A stretch of 64,000 bases of DNA from Dudresnaya verticillata (Eukaryota), in assembly GCA_977862235.1 (NCBI GenBank), contig OZ374559.1:1-64000 (forward strand), read 5' to 3'. The notes below the pieces were generated by a model. The model made no database searches, had not been told where the DNA came from, and worked only from the letters and a program-made list of their open reading frames with translations. The translations under genes and the position numbers were made by a program. Positions 11,187 through 22,967 of the stretch are shown in pieces; the first letter of the stretch is position 1; the number at the start of each line of letters is the position of its first letter.

Positions 11187-14100
11187 AAAGGTAGACGCAA
11201 CTGAACGTCTTGAGCTGAAGATGAGCGAATGTTTCGGTTTGATCGAGACAGGTACTAAAACCCATTTCGGCTCGAAACCATTGGGATAATTGCCTTGTTT
11301 CTATTCACAGCCGGGCCCACCTCCCTGGTAAATATCGGCCTTCGAAGGTACATGGAACACGCTTCTTATAAAGGTGAGCAGCAAACAATAAACGTACGGA
11401 GAAAATGATGATGCTCGGGGTTGGCTGAAGCGCAGGGAAAGATGTCGTTTGGTGCAACTGTTGTGGGGTTTTACGGTGCTACCGTCATCAGTGCTGCGTT
11501 TGAACATGTTTCTTCTGGTGGGATGTCAGTTGTTTCACAGGTGGGGGCTAATGCGAACATTGGATAGTAAGCATTAAGGATTGTAGTTGTCTTAAACCCC
11601 AGGCCACGCCCCCAGGAATGTGCTTGACAGATCCCCGCGAAACTCACAGAAACGCTTCTCGCAGTAGCTGTCACAGAATTCCAAGTCTCAATTACTCAAA
11701 GCACTGCAAGTGACAGCTCCATAACCAGAGATTTGGTTGACGGAGGATAGTGATCGGTACGGAGAATTGGGTCATCCCGTTCCAAAGCAGGACTTCCAAG
11801 CGCTATCAAACCCCTACACGGCCACGTCTCTGTTGCGATGCCTCTGCCCAAGCGAAGGTGCGGCCGATAACATAAACGCTTCTCCGTATGCTTCGTGCTG
11901 CTTTTAAGGAAACCAAATATATATCAGCCTGTTCAGCGAGAACAGGCTGAATGAACCGCGGTAAGTGTACAGCATGCGCAGTGCACGTCCGGCAAGAGCC
12001 GTAGCATTTTTTTACGTACAGAAGGGCAAAGTTTGCAGGGTTGTGCGTACGGCCTTTTAATGGTCTGCTGGTTACGGGGTCCAGCTCTAGTTGTGGTCCT
12101 ATTTCGCAGTGTAGTTTGGTGCCCTGCGTCTGGGCGGTGCTGGAATGCGGTGGGAGGATGCGCCGCGGCCTAGACCGCTGTGGCCTTGCTACCTCTTGTT
12201 ACTTTCTGCAGCTGGTTGAGGAGGGTATGCTTCAATTCCCGTTGGCAGCGTGAGGTCTCCGCGACGCGTCCGGGAGGCCTAGCTTAGCACGGAGCTTTCC
12301 AACTCGTGAAGGGACAATCCGGGCACTTCGATGATAGCAGACTATGGGGACAAACGCGGTGTCCTTCGTTGCTGCGCCACCTGAAACGCCGTCAGTCGGG
12401 TTGCATTTCTTGATTTGCACGACGCTGTTCGTGGAAGTGCTGTCTTGCTACAGCGAGAGTGTCATCAGGCTACGAAGGTGCTTGTTGTACTCGGGGTAGA
12501 CATTTGCAACAACTTTTGGGGCACGCGTGTGGCTATTGTAGCAGAGTCCAAGGTGGCATTTGGGGTTTACATATCTCGCGGTGGTTTACATATCCAGGTT
12601 CACTGGTGAGAGCATCTCATAGCAGTTTTACTTGCCGCCGAAAGGCATGTCAGTCTTGCTTCAGTTTGCATGTAATGGGTAACGCCACTTATGTTTGTTC
12701 CAACAATGTTTGACAATGCCATAAAAGCTTGTTTTCTCTGAAGGATAGTGGCTTTGCCCTAACATTTCCGACGTTTAAAGATTGTGCCGAGTAGGGTGAC
12801 TTAGAACAACTACATTGGGTAAGTTACAAAAGTTGCAAGCTATATCATGATGGATAGCTACGGGACGCGTTCTGCAACCGCTATCACGACGCCACCTGCG
12901 CTTATTGTTATACGACTCTGGCACTCCGTTGCAACGTGCTTAGCCTCCAATGACGCAAGGGAGAGAAACGTGTGCGCCCCTTATTATGGAATGCTGTACA
13001 ACCCACCCGGCGCCGAGCCCGGAATTGATACATACCGCTTGCGTCCCTGCCCGTCTGTCAGAAATTGAACACGGATGTCTGTCCGCTGCGTCGTCAAACG
13101 CGCCACCGTCTAATGAGCACTGTCACCCCCGCCTCCTGCGCTCGCGCCGTACCTTCGTACCCGCTCCGCACACAATGCGCGTAGAAAGAACCACATACGG
13201 AACGATTCGTGCGCGGGGAAACGTGGACACCCATATGTGCACCGCGGCGAAGAGGAGAACGAGATCGACACACGGTACTCAAATTGGTGAGCAAACAAAA
13301 GCATATCGTCGTGGATGCGTGCGCTACACTGCACGCCCTCCGCGAGCGCCGTCCGCCGCATCCGCGACGATAGCGGCAGATGAGAATATGCGCGGCAGCT
13401 ACGGCAGCTTGCTCGTTATTGAAGCATCTTGTCAAGCGACGAGAACCATGTTACTACTGTTGTGGTACATTGGCAATGTGACAGTGGTGCAGCACAGACC
13501 CAGAACTGCCCACCCACTGTCCTTGCATCGGCGCGTCCCCATCATACACCTTCGGGACAGACCGGGGTTTCACGCGTCTGCGCCTGCGACTGGTCGTCGA
13601 GGGGCGCTACTCACTGGACATCGTTCAGTCATCGCCGCAGCTGGGGATTAAGTACAGTGAGAAGCAAATCGTAGTCCACTGTGAGGCGGTGTCACGAACG
13701 TCCTGTATAAGTAGTGGAAAGCGCGTTGCGTACATTACAAGATAATTGTTAAGTGCTTGATGTCTGTGTCTGCGATCTTCAATTCTGTTAGCGCGGGAAC
13801 TGCGTCGGGACAGGAGTAGGCCGTGGCATTCGTGCACCAACAACAACTTGCTGCAGCTAAACCTCATTGCTCGCACATTGAGAGCGCGCTTATTAAAGAA
13901 TCCGGGTGTTAACGTGAGTCATTAGCAGTAGCTTGTTTACAAAACCCCTTCCGGGCAGACAACAAACGTAAAATTATATAGAAGCAGGTTGAATGAGTGG
14001 CCATCAATCTTTTGCTATAGCTCTCGATGTTGTTGTGGATCTCCGTTTTTCTCTACCCACGCGTCTCAGCCTTCCCCTGTCTACCGCGTTGGAAGTGCTG

Positions 14101-15847
14101 GAGAGCGAATTCTCAAACTAGTACAACGTAACATATACAAATTAAAAATACAAACGGCTTCAGAGAACAGAACATAGGCAAACGTCTGAGCTTCAAGCCG
14201 CTTCATGCCTCGGGTGCGTGGGCATGCTGGCGCCGCGACCTCCTTTCGCGGGCGCGACCTGCATCCAGTTGCCAATACTGGGTCTCAGCTATGGAGTGGA
14301 TGTTCAACGGCTCTCTATTTAAAGAATGGCAGTCGAAGCGGGGAGGAAAAGAATGAACAACCTCCATTCGAGGAAAAGATGCCGCGAAGGGAAGGACAGA
14401 AAAATAAAGCTCCCCTGGGGGAGGACTTGACTAAAGCGATAAGAATGATATTATGGTACTTTGTTTGAGTACAGCTGAAGCGGAACCAGAAGCAGGCTTG
14501 TATAAATTCACTATGGTAGTTGTATGTCCAGTTTCTAACCATCATATTGTACTTCTACAGTAATGGAACGGAGCAGGAACAACCGCTACAAGCATCAACT
14601 ACCACCGAAATCGACCACAATTTAAATGAGAGTAACAGTGCCAACCATCCAACCACTACTGAAACGTTGTGAGGCACATGAACGCTGATGCTGTGCAGAC
14701 ATTCGAGTTCGGCAATCCAGCAACTACGTCCTAAAGCAAATAAAGTCGACATCTACCCCGGTTTCGTCACAACGGAATGGAAGTTATTCTTCTATTCGCC
14801 AAGCGACCATGCCGCTCGCCGGGGAGTTCAGAAATAATGTTACTTTCTGTGTGCCCACCGCCTAAGCTACGCAAGACCACAGAAATGGCTCTGTCAGTGT
14901 CTGCCAGTTTCAGTTTCGACTTTTCCCGCACGTCCCCATTTCTATAATTATTTTGGGTTTTTCTAACCGTCTCACCCGGGGATCTCTAGTACCTCGACAT
15001 ACGCCACCATGCTCCCACTCCCGCGTCATACTGTGCGCATGGCGCATTCTAGGCGTTGTGTACCTACCCGTTGCGCGCCCCGCGCCATTTCCTCCTCGCC
15101 ACACCGACGCGATCACGCCGCAAGCTTCCGGCAACGCCCTCCCCTCCGCGGTCTCAACGAGCCCTCCCCTCACTCCCGTAACACTGCTTCTGCAACCTCT
15201 TCGCCCTGCCCTCGCCCTTCGCATCCTCGTCGCCGCCGCGTTGCAGGCACAAAACCTCTGCCCTGCCCTACTGCCGCGCCCGTGACAATATTTCTCGGTT
15301 CTCGGGCCTTCCTCCCAGCTTCACTGCCGCCGCCCTCCCATACCCTCGCCCACATCAACGTGCGCGCCCACCGCGTGGCTGCTGTGCCCGCGCCTCTCCG
15401 TCGCACTTCCAAAACCCGCACACCCGCCAGCCGGGTCGTTGCGGGGTTTCCGCTGCCCGCCCCACCGGTGCAGCTGGCACACTCTCCACCTCACACAACT
15501 CCAGCTGCAACACCACCACCATCGGAATTTCTTCCCGCCTTCCGCATCAACTGTCCCACCAAACATGGTGTGGGTCCGTTGCCTCCGCCCGCCCCATGGC
15601 CTCGCGTTCGAGACCGACTACCGCCGTGCCCAAGCAGCTTACATTCGCCGGAATGCACCTCATGCTAACAAGCCGCCACCCCGCGTCGAGGATTTTCTCC
15701 CTGTGCATTTCATTGTTCTGCACGCGCCACACCCGCTACCGCCGCCCTACAGTCAAGGACAACTTCCCGCTCCCTTCGGTACTCCCTGCGATGCACATAC
15801 ACCCCACCCACCACAACAAGTCGAAGCATTTCATTCCCATAGTAAGT

Positions 15848-16740
15848 GTTGCACAAAAGCAATCGACATCACTGCAACATATACGGGTTACTGTGCAGCT
15901 CTTGTAAATTTGCAAGAGCTGCACCGTCTGTTCTCAACCGCATTCCGTGGTCCACCGGATTTTTCAAGAGTCTCATTCTTCGTGCAGCACTACCATTGCG
16001 TTTATGTGCAGCTGTTGGAAATTTTCAAGGGTTGCACAAAAGCAATCGACATCATTACAACAATATACGGGTTACTGTGCAGCTCTTGTAAATTTGCAAG
16101 AGCTGCACAAACCGTCTGTTCTCAACCGCATTCCGTGGTCCACCGGATTTTTCAAGAGTCTCATTCTTCGTGCAGCACTACCATTGCGTTTATGTGCAGC
16201 TGTTGGAAATTTTCAAGGGTTGCACAAAAGCAATCGACATCATTACAACAATATACGGGTTACTGTGCAGCTCTTGTAAATTTGCAAGAGCTGCACAAAC
16301 CGTCTGTTCTCAACCGCATTCCGTGGTCCTCCGGATTTTTCAAGAGTCTCATCCTTCGTGCAGCACTACCATTGTCTGTACGTGAAGCTGTTGGAAGTTT
16401 TCCAGAGTTGCACAAAAGCAATCGAAATCCCTACAACATTTACATTGTGCAGCTCTTGTAAATCTGCAAGAGCTGCACAACCTGTCTGTTCTAAACCGCC
16501 TTCCGTGGTTGCGGGAAACTCTCGGAAATGTTTACGAGTCTCACCCTTCGTGCAATAACAAAATTGTCTGCATCTGACGATGTCGGAAATTTTCAAGAGT
16601 CGTCTGGAAGCAACGGACGCCGCTACAAGATGTACAGTTTCAGTGCGACTGTTGTAAATTTTCAAGAGCTTCACAGGCAGTCGCGTTTCATTCATACTGT
16701 ACCGCCCGTTCTGTGAAGCTCTCGGAAATTTTCAAAAGTC
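15848..16740. repeat. 188-bp tandem repeat (~3.3 copies, then degenerate) containing TGTGCAGCTCTTGTAAATTTGCAAGAGCTGCAC
   Basis: Units start near 15848, 16031, 16219 and 16407. Each has an internal inverted repeat, GTGCAGCTCTTG...CAAGAGCTGCAC. The array sits directly downstream of the helicase stop codon. Confidence 0.93.
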
Positions 16741-16805
16741 TCACAGTCTATACACAATACGTGTGTTCAAATTCACTTTATGTCGCCCGTTGCACTATTA
16801 CTCTA

Positions 16806-19800
16806 CTACAGACCCAGTACTTCCACGGCGTATCTACAAAATTCAAGAATACCCGGGCACCGTCCAGGTCTGTCCCAAACTAGCTCTTCGCAAAACGCCT
16901 TCGACGTCTTGCACCTTCGGAACCGTTGCATCCCCTTGTGGGCAAGCATCTCGGCCCTCCTCGGCTTCGTCTCCCACATCATCATGGCCATTTCAACCGG
17001 TTTGGTGAATGGGCAGCGCTCTGCTGAGCCGTATTCATTCTGGCCCCTTTTCGGACTGCCACTCCCAACATGCGTCTTTTCGGATCCAAACGTTCTGATG
17101 GAGCACTCCGAACAACCACCAGCAAACTTCCCTCCACGTCGTTTCCAGGGCCGTACAGTGCATTGATTTGAACTGTGCCCTGTCCCCAAGCAACGCGTGC
17201 AATGCCAATAATAGCACACCCTGGAATGCCGCCCTTCCTGGCACCTTTTGATTGCCTGCTCATCGTCAGGATCAGCTCTCCCCGCACACGGCGGGCATAT
17301 TACACCCAGCTTCATCGCAAGATCTCGAAGCTCCGCTACGGCCGTGCCAACACCGCTCGACGTGCCAACAGCTGCAACTACACTGTCCTCTGGAGTGCAT
17401 ACAATATCAGAACTGGCTGAATTGTCTCCACAGACCTGTATGGCGGTAAAGCCGTGGTGGGCAGCAGCGAGCCTGCGTACAGTCGCTGTTGGCTGGCGAA
17501 CAACGGCTATTCTGTTTTCATCCGCTCTCCGGATGTCACGGTCACGTGATTGGCCCGGTCCGCTGGATCCAGGTATCTCGCCTGAAGAGAAAGTCTCTAG
17601 AGATGAGATAACGGGCTCCTCTTCTTCACCCGCTGAAACAAGCCTCGTACACACATCACATAACTGTACGGTCGAATCTTGCCGCATCTCCCTCCGCCTC
17701 CAGCACTCCAGTGGCCCATCCGTACATCCAAGGTACCGGGCGAGTTCCGCCCACCGACACTTTGACGTGTCCTCGGCCCATCGTTGAAACCGCTTCAGCG
17801 CCGTCACAGCCTCCGTGTCCCGGACATTCGCCTGATTTTCGAAATCGCGGTGGTACAGAATGGACACGGCACCGCTTCCCCCATCTCGGCCCACACGACC
17901 AGAAACTTGGTACATCTCGAGAAGAGACCGGCTGCTTCCAACAATGACGGTCTGGGCCACATCAGGTGCATCAATACCAGTCCCAAAGCCCTCCGTTGCC
18001 ACCATCACGCATACACTAAGCATTTCCGCTCCATTCGTTCTCCATGTTTTCACGCTCGTGGCGCGCGCCTCTGCACTCATACCTCCGTGATGCTGCGTGA
18101 TCCTGATCTTCCGGTCTCGTGACAGCTCCCGCCTCGCACGCAGGGCTGCATGGATCTCCTCAGCATCGCACTTCGTCAACACACATACGAGTACTTTGCC
18201 ACCGCCGCGGCTCGACATCGCCGTCCGTACACCTTCGACGACACTGTCTCCAACTGGACCAAATACTTCCTCCGCCTTGGAACCCTTCAGCATGTGGACA
18301 GCAAACCCCAAATTGTCCCGCCTCAAGCTGCCCCGTATAACCACCGTGTCGTCCACATCAGCACCACTCGCAGCAATTATCCGGCGCTGTAGGTGCAGAG
18401 GAGAAGTTGCCGTCATCAGAACGACAGGCACCGTCACACCGCACGGACGTGCATGTCGCATGCGTAGCATACAGTCACGGTAGTGTGCTGCAACGACAAC
18501 GAGATGGGCCTCATCAACAACAACCCTCATCAGTTTGCCCTCACTGTGCAGCACCCGAAGAGCCTCCTTGTACCTTCGCGATGACACGTTCTCAGGAGCT
18601 GTAAGTATCACGCCCTGGTTAAACCCTTGAAGATCTTCTACCGAGTCCACATCATCAAAGGACATAACCGGCAGGTTAATCGCGTCACACCGCGTCTTGA
18701 TCTCCTCTCTCAAGGCCCGTAACGGGCAAATGAATATCGTTACACCTTCCTCGCACAACGCCGGTCCAAATATTACTGCGGTTTTGCCACCCCCAGTTCT
18801 CAACACTACCAAAGCATCGCTTTCCCGGCGGATCACGTGTTCCATTGCCTGCCTCTGGTTCTCGGAACGAAACTCCGCATTTGGAACCCCAACAGCACGA
18901 GCAAGGCATTCCTGTATATCCCATGCAGCTGCACCGTTTGTCGCCAGTACAGTGCTGCTTCTCGGATCCCCACCCCTTCTACGTGCACTAGATTCGTTTC
19001 GGCCTCCCTCTCTCGAGTTGTCACGCTCTTGCCTTGCCCGCGTAAATTCTTCGTCACTCTTTCTGATTGCTGTTTCGAATTCCTCCTTGCGCTTCTCCAT
19101 TTCTTCCACAGCAGTGGCGAATTTTCTTAGTAGTTCACTCCCTTCTTCACTCCTTTCAGCATTCCCTGACGAACACTGTCCCTCCCGTCGTAGACATGGC
19201 CTTTTCCCTTCCGAACCTCCTCCTTCCGTTCCATTCCTCACCAACGCCCCCCTCGGCCCTTCGCGTACAGACTGCTGCGTTGTTGCCCTCGTCCCAGAAC
19301 TGGTTCCGCGAAGCCGCACGCTCGGGGCCATACTGCCACACGATATCTTCTGACGTTTGCCTGCCACGTCGTAGGCCTCAACTTCTCCTGCGAAGCGGAC
19401 CCTCTTCTTCCCAGCCTTCCCACCTTCGTCGCCTTTCCCAGACGCTTCCAATCCCGAGTTGGTGGTTGCCTCGACATCATCGCTCGCCTTCTTTTGGAGC
19501 TTCCTTCCGGATCCTCTGCTCGTTTCACTCTTGTGCAGAGCTTGAAAATTTTCAACATGTGCACATCGCGAGGTGTCGTTCGGGGACGATTGCTTCCCAC
19601 TAGCTTCTACATTAAGACACTCTCGATGATTTGCGAGCGTTTCAGATCCGGAAGCTGCGGAAGCTGCAGTACTCCGGGTTGCGATCTGCTCATCGTTGAA
19701 ACCAGACTTGTGACACTCTTCAAAATTTTCAACCGTGTCACAATGCGGGACATGATGCGGGTACGCAACGGAAACCCCGCCATCAGAGTTGTGCAGCTCT

Positions 19801-22800
19801 TGGAAATTTCCAACTGCTGCACATCCTTGGTTTCCCGTGTTGTCAAGCCGGTGCGCTGTGGCCGCATGGCTGACAGGCTCGTCACAGTGTTCGACATCTC
19901 TGTGCTGTGAAGCATTATCTGGATACGCGGAACCGGTTAACTCCTCAATACTTTCGTCTCCACATGCCACATTCCCCAACCGGTCTTGGCTGCTCAGGCT
20001 AAATTGCTGAATTTCGTCCACATCGTCTAGCGAGATCAAAACCCCCTCCTCGCAACCAAATTGCTCTTCATTTCGCCCATCGCCCACCGATTCTGGTGTC
20101 CTCTTCGTGGGCCGGCACGGTTCGTCTTGCGGACACTTTGGAAACAACAACTTCCTCCGAACATCAGGTTGCCTACCACCATCAAGCTCTTCACGCAGAG
20201 CGCAGCTCCCGTTCCCATTTTCGTTCGGTTCTTCCGGCCCCACCTCTTCTTCTTCTCTGATCAAAAGATCCACCTCCAGGGAATTCCAATCCTTTCGGTC
20301 TGCTAGGCCACAATCCTCCAGCCAAGCGTCGGAGGCAGCCTTAAATCGCTTCATACTGCGGTCATCGACATTGCCTCCACCAGCAATGTTGGGAGTACAC
20401 CTTCCATACAGACTTTTGGCAATGTGTACCGAGTGCGCCCCCTGAAGCTGTATTGTACTGCCAAGGTTCCCGTTGCTTGTACCAGCTTCCTCGTCTCCTA
20501 CCGATTGGCCATGGTTCAGTATCCCTGCCACATATCCAACATTCGCATCTTCCATGGCCTTGTCGTTGGCATAGCCTCCAAACCATTGTCGATGAGTCTC
20601 CGCCTTGTAGTCTTCCGGCAAACCAAATCTTCTCCACATGTTGGCTGCCTCCGTCAAGCATCCGTTGCGATGTCTATCCGTGGGCATCAAGTAGTTGTAC
20701 TTCCCGTCTTCATCCACTTCGAGACCAGAACCTGAGTTGCCCCCGCCCAGCACACGTGACAATGCCAGACGAAGCTCCATTCCAACCACAATCATCAACT
20801 TCACCAGGTTACTCGTCACCACATCAGGGTGCTTGCTAATGACGCGCATCCTACCCCTCTTCATGTTCCTCGTCTTATCGTAGGACGGGATGAGAGCAAT
20901 TAGAGGACCACCAGGAAGTTGGATTCCCCGCGGACCATTGCTCGTGTTGCGAACAGCCAAGTGCTCAAGCTCTGTCCCCCGAGATACATTCCCACCAGAA
21001 AGGTGCATGCAAGCTATCACTAGAACGTTGAACTTCCTCAACATCGACAGCATCTCCCTCGCACGTTTGTTGAAGCCCTTCTCGTCAAGACTTCCCATCT
21101 CCTTCACCGCAGCTGCAACATACCCTCGGCATTCTTCAACGGTTTCGGCATTCTTCTCTTCGACAACAATACCGTAATGCACATCCTTCTTGGATGTGTT
21201 ATCCACCATCGCGGAAAGACGAGCTTGCAAATTCGCCGGTGGTCTTACTCCGTTCATGATCCCATTCCGCGAGAACATTAACTTGACAGCCTCGGATTGC
21301 ATCCACAACACGCTCCCTCCGATATCCTTCGGACTGATGTGAAGTCCCTCCACATATCCGCAGTACAATCCCTCGTGCTCGGGATTGTCGCACGCCATCC
21401 AAGTGTTTCGGGCATACTCTTCAGTCCTAAATCTTCTAGCCTGAAGGCAAATGGCTTGCAGGACATGTATTCCAAGACTTCCGCCAGCTGCGTGCTTGGT
21501 CTCAACCTCGGCCAGCTTCTCATCGCAACTCCCGTTCTCCCCCGTCCCACAAATGTCTATGAAGGCACAGCAAGAACAAGCATACGCCAAAGCTGCGAGG
21601 ATTGGAGACATATCCTTCCCTTGGGAGTAGGTGTTCCCCTTCCCTGCACGCTTGACACCCAGACAGGCCGTCAATACATGGGCAGCACAGTGGCGACTTC
21701 CGTGGTCCACACTCGCCTTCTCATAGAACAACGCCGATAGCACACCGTACATTGCCAAGACAGAGGGTGTCGTCACATTGTGCACCTCTTGAAAATTTTT
21801 AACAACGTCACATCCCTGCTCTCCTCGGTATGCCTGCATCACACTCCTACATGCAACAATAAGTTGTTCATTTCCAACCAACCCCTTGTCACCCGGCGCT
21901 CTGACGGTCATGCGAAGAAGAGTCAGCACAACACGAGCCAATAAGCTCGCGTACCTCTTCTCCGACTGTCGCTGCACCCACGCAAAGTCGTTCTTCTCAG
22001 TCCGATTAGCTCCTGGAGGGGCCCGCACGGCTATCATAACCTTCGAAATCGCCATGTTTGGCCTCCGGTAATATTCCCGTGCAGTGTGGAACAACGAAAT
22101 TATCGTTTTCGTTGTCCACTTTCCAAGCTCTTGCTCATCGATTCCATCCATAGTACTCCCGCGTACAGCCGCCCCAGCCAACTCAACGGCTTCCTCCATG
22201 CTCAGATTGAGTTCCTCGAGCTTTACATCTGGCCTTGTGGCGCTAGCAAACCCGCCCATCTTTCGAACCTCACCTCCCCCGGACTTCTCCACACACTCGC
22301 TCTCCTTTCGAACATGGCTGAGCTCTTGGAGAAGACGAGCTACATTTCCACTGCCGGAGCATGCGTCAGCTCTCTCAGATTCCCCGTCGCCCACCGGAAA
22401 CGCATACCCAGGAGCACGTGACTTGAAGAGCTTCTGGCACTTCACCGTCTTCAACTGCTTCAACTTTGCGAGTCCCACCGCCTTCTCCAAACCTTCATGC
22501 TCGGTATCCATATGCTTCCTCAAACCATCCGTGGATACAGACAAAAACCTACATGACGGGCAGGGAAAGCAATCCATGACGGTCAAGAAGGGGATCTTGC
22601 GCACAAGCGCTCGACTTCCACTGTTGATTGCTTCAGTACCGATGTAGACTTGATGTTCGTGGTCATCACATGTCCTGGTGACATTTCGGCGAATGCAACT
22701 CCACGACTTGCATAGTTCTACACATTGTGCACGACTTACGGAGAAGCTGGGCTGGCACTTCCTTATATGCCTCAGAAGATGCAAGTTGTCAGGTTCCGCG

Positions 22801-22967
22801 AGGAACACAGCATGCCTGCATGCATCGCAACCCAGCTCGGCTACTTCTGGAATCAAACGCAGGTTGAACTTCGCCAAGTTTGCCTTCGCCTTCCCAACCT
22901 CATTGTGCTCGGTTTCCGGCAACTTCATCTCCACGGAATGTTGAAACAGGGATTCAAGACTATGCAA
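16806..22967 (-). CDS. Telomere-linked RecQ-family helicase (TLH-like), 2053 aa: N-terminal DUF3505-like/C2H2 zinc region, tyrosine-recombinase-like region, RecQ core, RQC-type zinc motif, C-terminal CCHC knuckle
   Basis: Helicase motifs I LRTGGGKT, Ia ICPLRAL, II VVDEAH, III MTAT, V ATEGFGTGID and VI QVSGRVGRDG are present. Also CRW...C...CDVC, CTRCLGTGHSSNQC, and N-terminal LGCDACRHAV..HIRK and CPSC-x12-H-x4-H. Transcribed towards the telomere, like fungal TLH genes. Confidence 0.93.
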   Translation of the reverse strand: MHSLESLFQHSVEMKLPETEHNEVGKAKANLAKFNLRLIPEVAELGCDACRHAVFLAEPDNLHLLRHIRKCQPSFSVSRAQCVELCKSWSCIRRNVTRTCDDHEHQVYIGTEAINSGSRALVRKIPFLTVMDCFPCPSCRFLSVSTDGLRKHMDTEHEGLEKAVGLAKLKQLKTVKCQKLFKSRAPGYAFPVGDGESERADACSGSGNVARLLQELSHVRKESECVEKSGGGEVRKMGGFASATRPDVKLEELNLSMEEAVELAGAAVRGSTMDGIDEQELGKWTTKTIISLFHTAREYYRRPNMAISKVMIAVRAPPGANRTEKNDFAWVQRQSEKRYASLLARVVLTLLRMTVRAPGDKGLVGNEQLIVACRSVMQAYRGEQGCDVVKNFQEVHNVTTPSVLAMYGVLSALFYEKASVDHGSRHCAAHVLTACLGVKRAGKGNTYSQGKDMSPILAALAYACSCCAFIDICGTGENGSCDEKLAEVETKHAAGGSLGIHVLQAICLQARRFRTEEYARNTWMACDNPEHEGLYCGYVEGLHISPKDIGGSVLWMQSEAVKLMFSRNGIMNGVRPPANLQARLSAMVDNTSKKDVHYGIVVEEKNAETVEECRGYVAAAVKEMGSLDEKGFNKRAREMLSMLRKFNVLVIACMHLSGGNVSRGTELEHLAVRNTSNGPRGIQLPGGPLIALIPSYDKTRNMKRGRMRVISKHPDVVTSNLVKLMIVVGMELRLALSRVLGGGNSGSGLEVDEDGKYNYLMPTDRHRNGCLTEAANMWRRFGLPEDYKAETHRQWFGGYANDKAMEDANVGYVAGILNHGQSVGDEEAGTSNGNLGSTIQLQGAHSVHIAKSLYGRCTPNIAGGGNVDDRSMKRFKAASDAWLEDCGLADRKDWNSLEVDLLIREEEEVGPEEPNENGNGSCALREELDGGRQPDVRRKLLFPKCPQDEPCRPTKRTPESVGDGRNEEQFGCEEGVLISLDDVDEIQQFSLSSQDRLGNVACGDESIEELTGSAYPDNASQHRDVEHCDEPVSHAATAHRLDNTGNQGCAAVGNFQELHNSDGGVSVAYPHHVPHCDTVENFEECHKSGFNDEQIATRSTAASAASGSETLANHRECLNVEASGKQSSPNDTSRCAHVENFQALHKSETSRGSGRKLQKKASDDVEATTNSGLEASGKGDEGGKAGKKRVRFAGEVEAYDVAGKRQKISCGSMAPSVRLRGTSSGTRATTQQSVREGPRGALVRNGTEGGGSEGKRPCLRREGQCSSGNAERSEEGSELLRKFATAVEEMEKRKEEFETAIRKSDEEFTRARQERDNSREGGRNESSARRRGGDPRSSTVLATNGAAAWDIQECLARAVGVPNAEFRSENQRQAMEHVIRRESDALVVLRTGGGKTAVIFGPALCEEGVTIFICPLRALREEIKTRCDAINLPVMSFDDVDSVEDLQGFNQGVILTAPENVSSRRYKEALRVLHSEGKLMRVVVDEAHLVVVAAHYRDCMLRMRHARPCGVTVPVVLMTATSPLHLQRRIIAASGADVDDTVVIRGSLRRDNLGFAVHMLKGSKAEEVFGPVGDSVVEGVRTAMSSRGGGKVLVCVLTKCDAEEIHAALRARRELSRDRKIRITQHHGGMSAEARATSVKTWRTNGAEMLSVCVMVATEGFGTGIDAPDVAQTVIVGSSRSLLEMYQVSGRVGRDGGSGAVSILYHRDFENQANVRDTEAVTALKRFQRWAEDTSKCRWAELARYLGCTDGPLECWRRREMRQDSTVQLCDVCTRLVSAGEEEEPVISSLETFSSGEIPGSSGPGQSRDRDIRRADENRIAVVRQPTATVRRLAAAHHGFTAIQVCGDNSASSDIVCTPEDSVVAAVGTSSGVGTAVAELRDLAMKLGVICPPCAGRADPDDEQAIKRCQEGRHSRVCYYWHCTRCLGTGHSSNQCTVRPWKRRGGKFAGGCSECSIRTFGSEKTHVGSGSPKRGQNEYGSAERCPFTKPVEMAMMMWETKPRRAEMLAHKGMQRFRRCKTSKAFCEELVWDRPGRCPGILEFCRYAVEVLGL

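Noticed and set aside
11593..11816. 8-10 bp telomere-like matches at 11593, 11808, 59287 and 59720
   Set aside because: A few matches of this length are expected by chance in 62 kb, and none is at a demonstrated junction. The 59287 match is borderline.
12041..15700. Numerous short ORFs at 12-15.7 kb and 7.2-8.7 kb
   Set aside because: No recognisable domains, and they are mutually overlapping and Arg/Pro/Ser-rich; probably non-coding or decayed.
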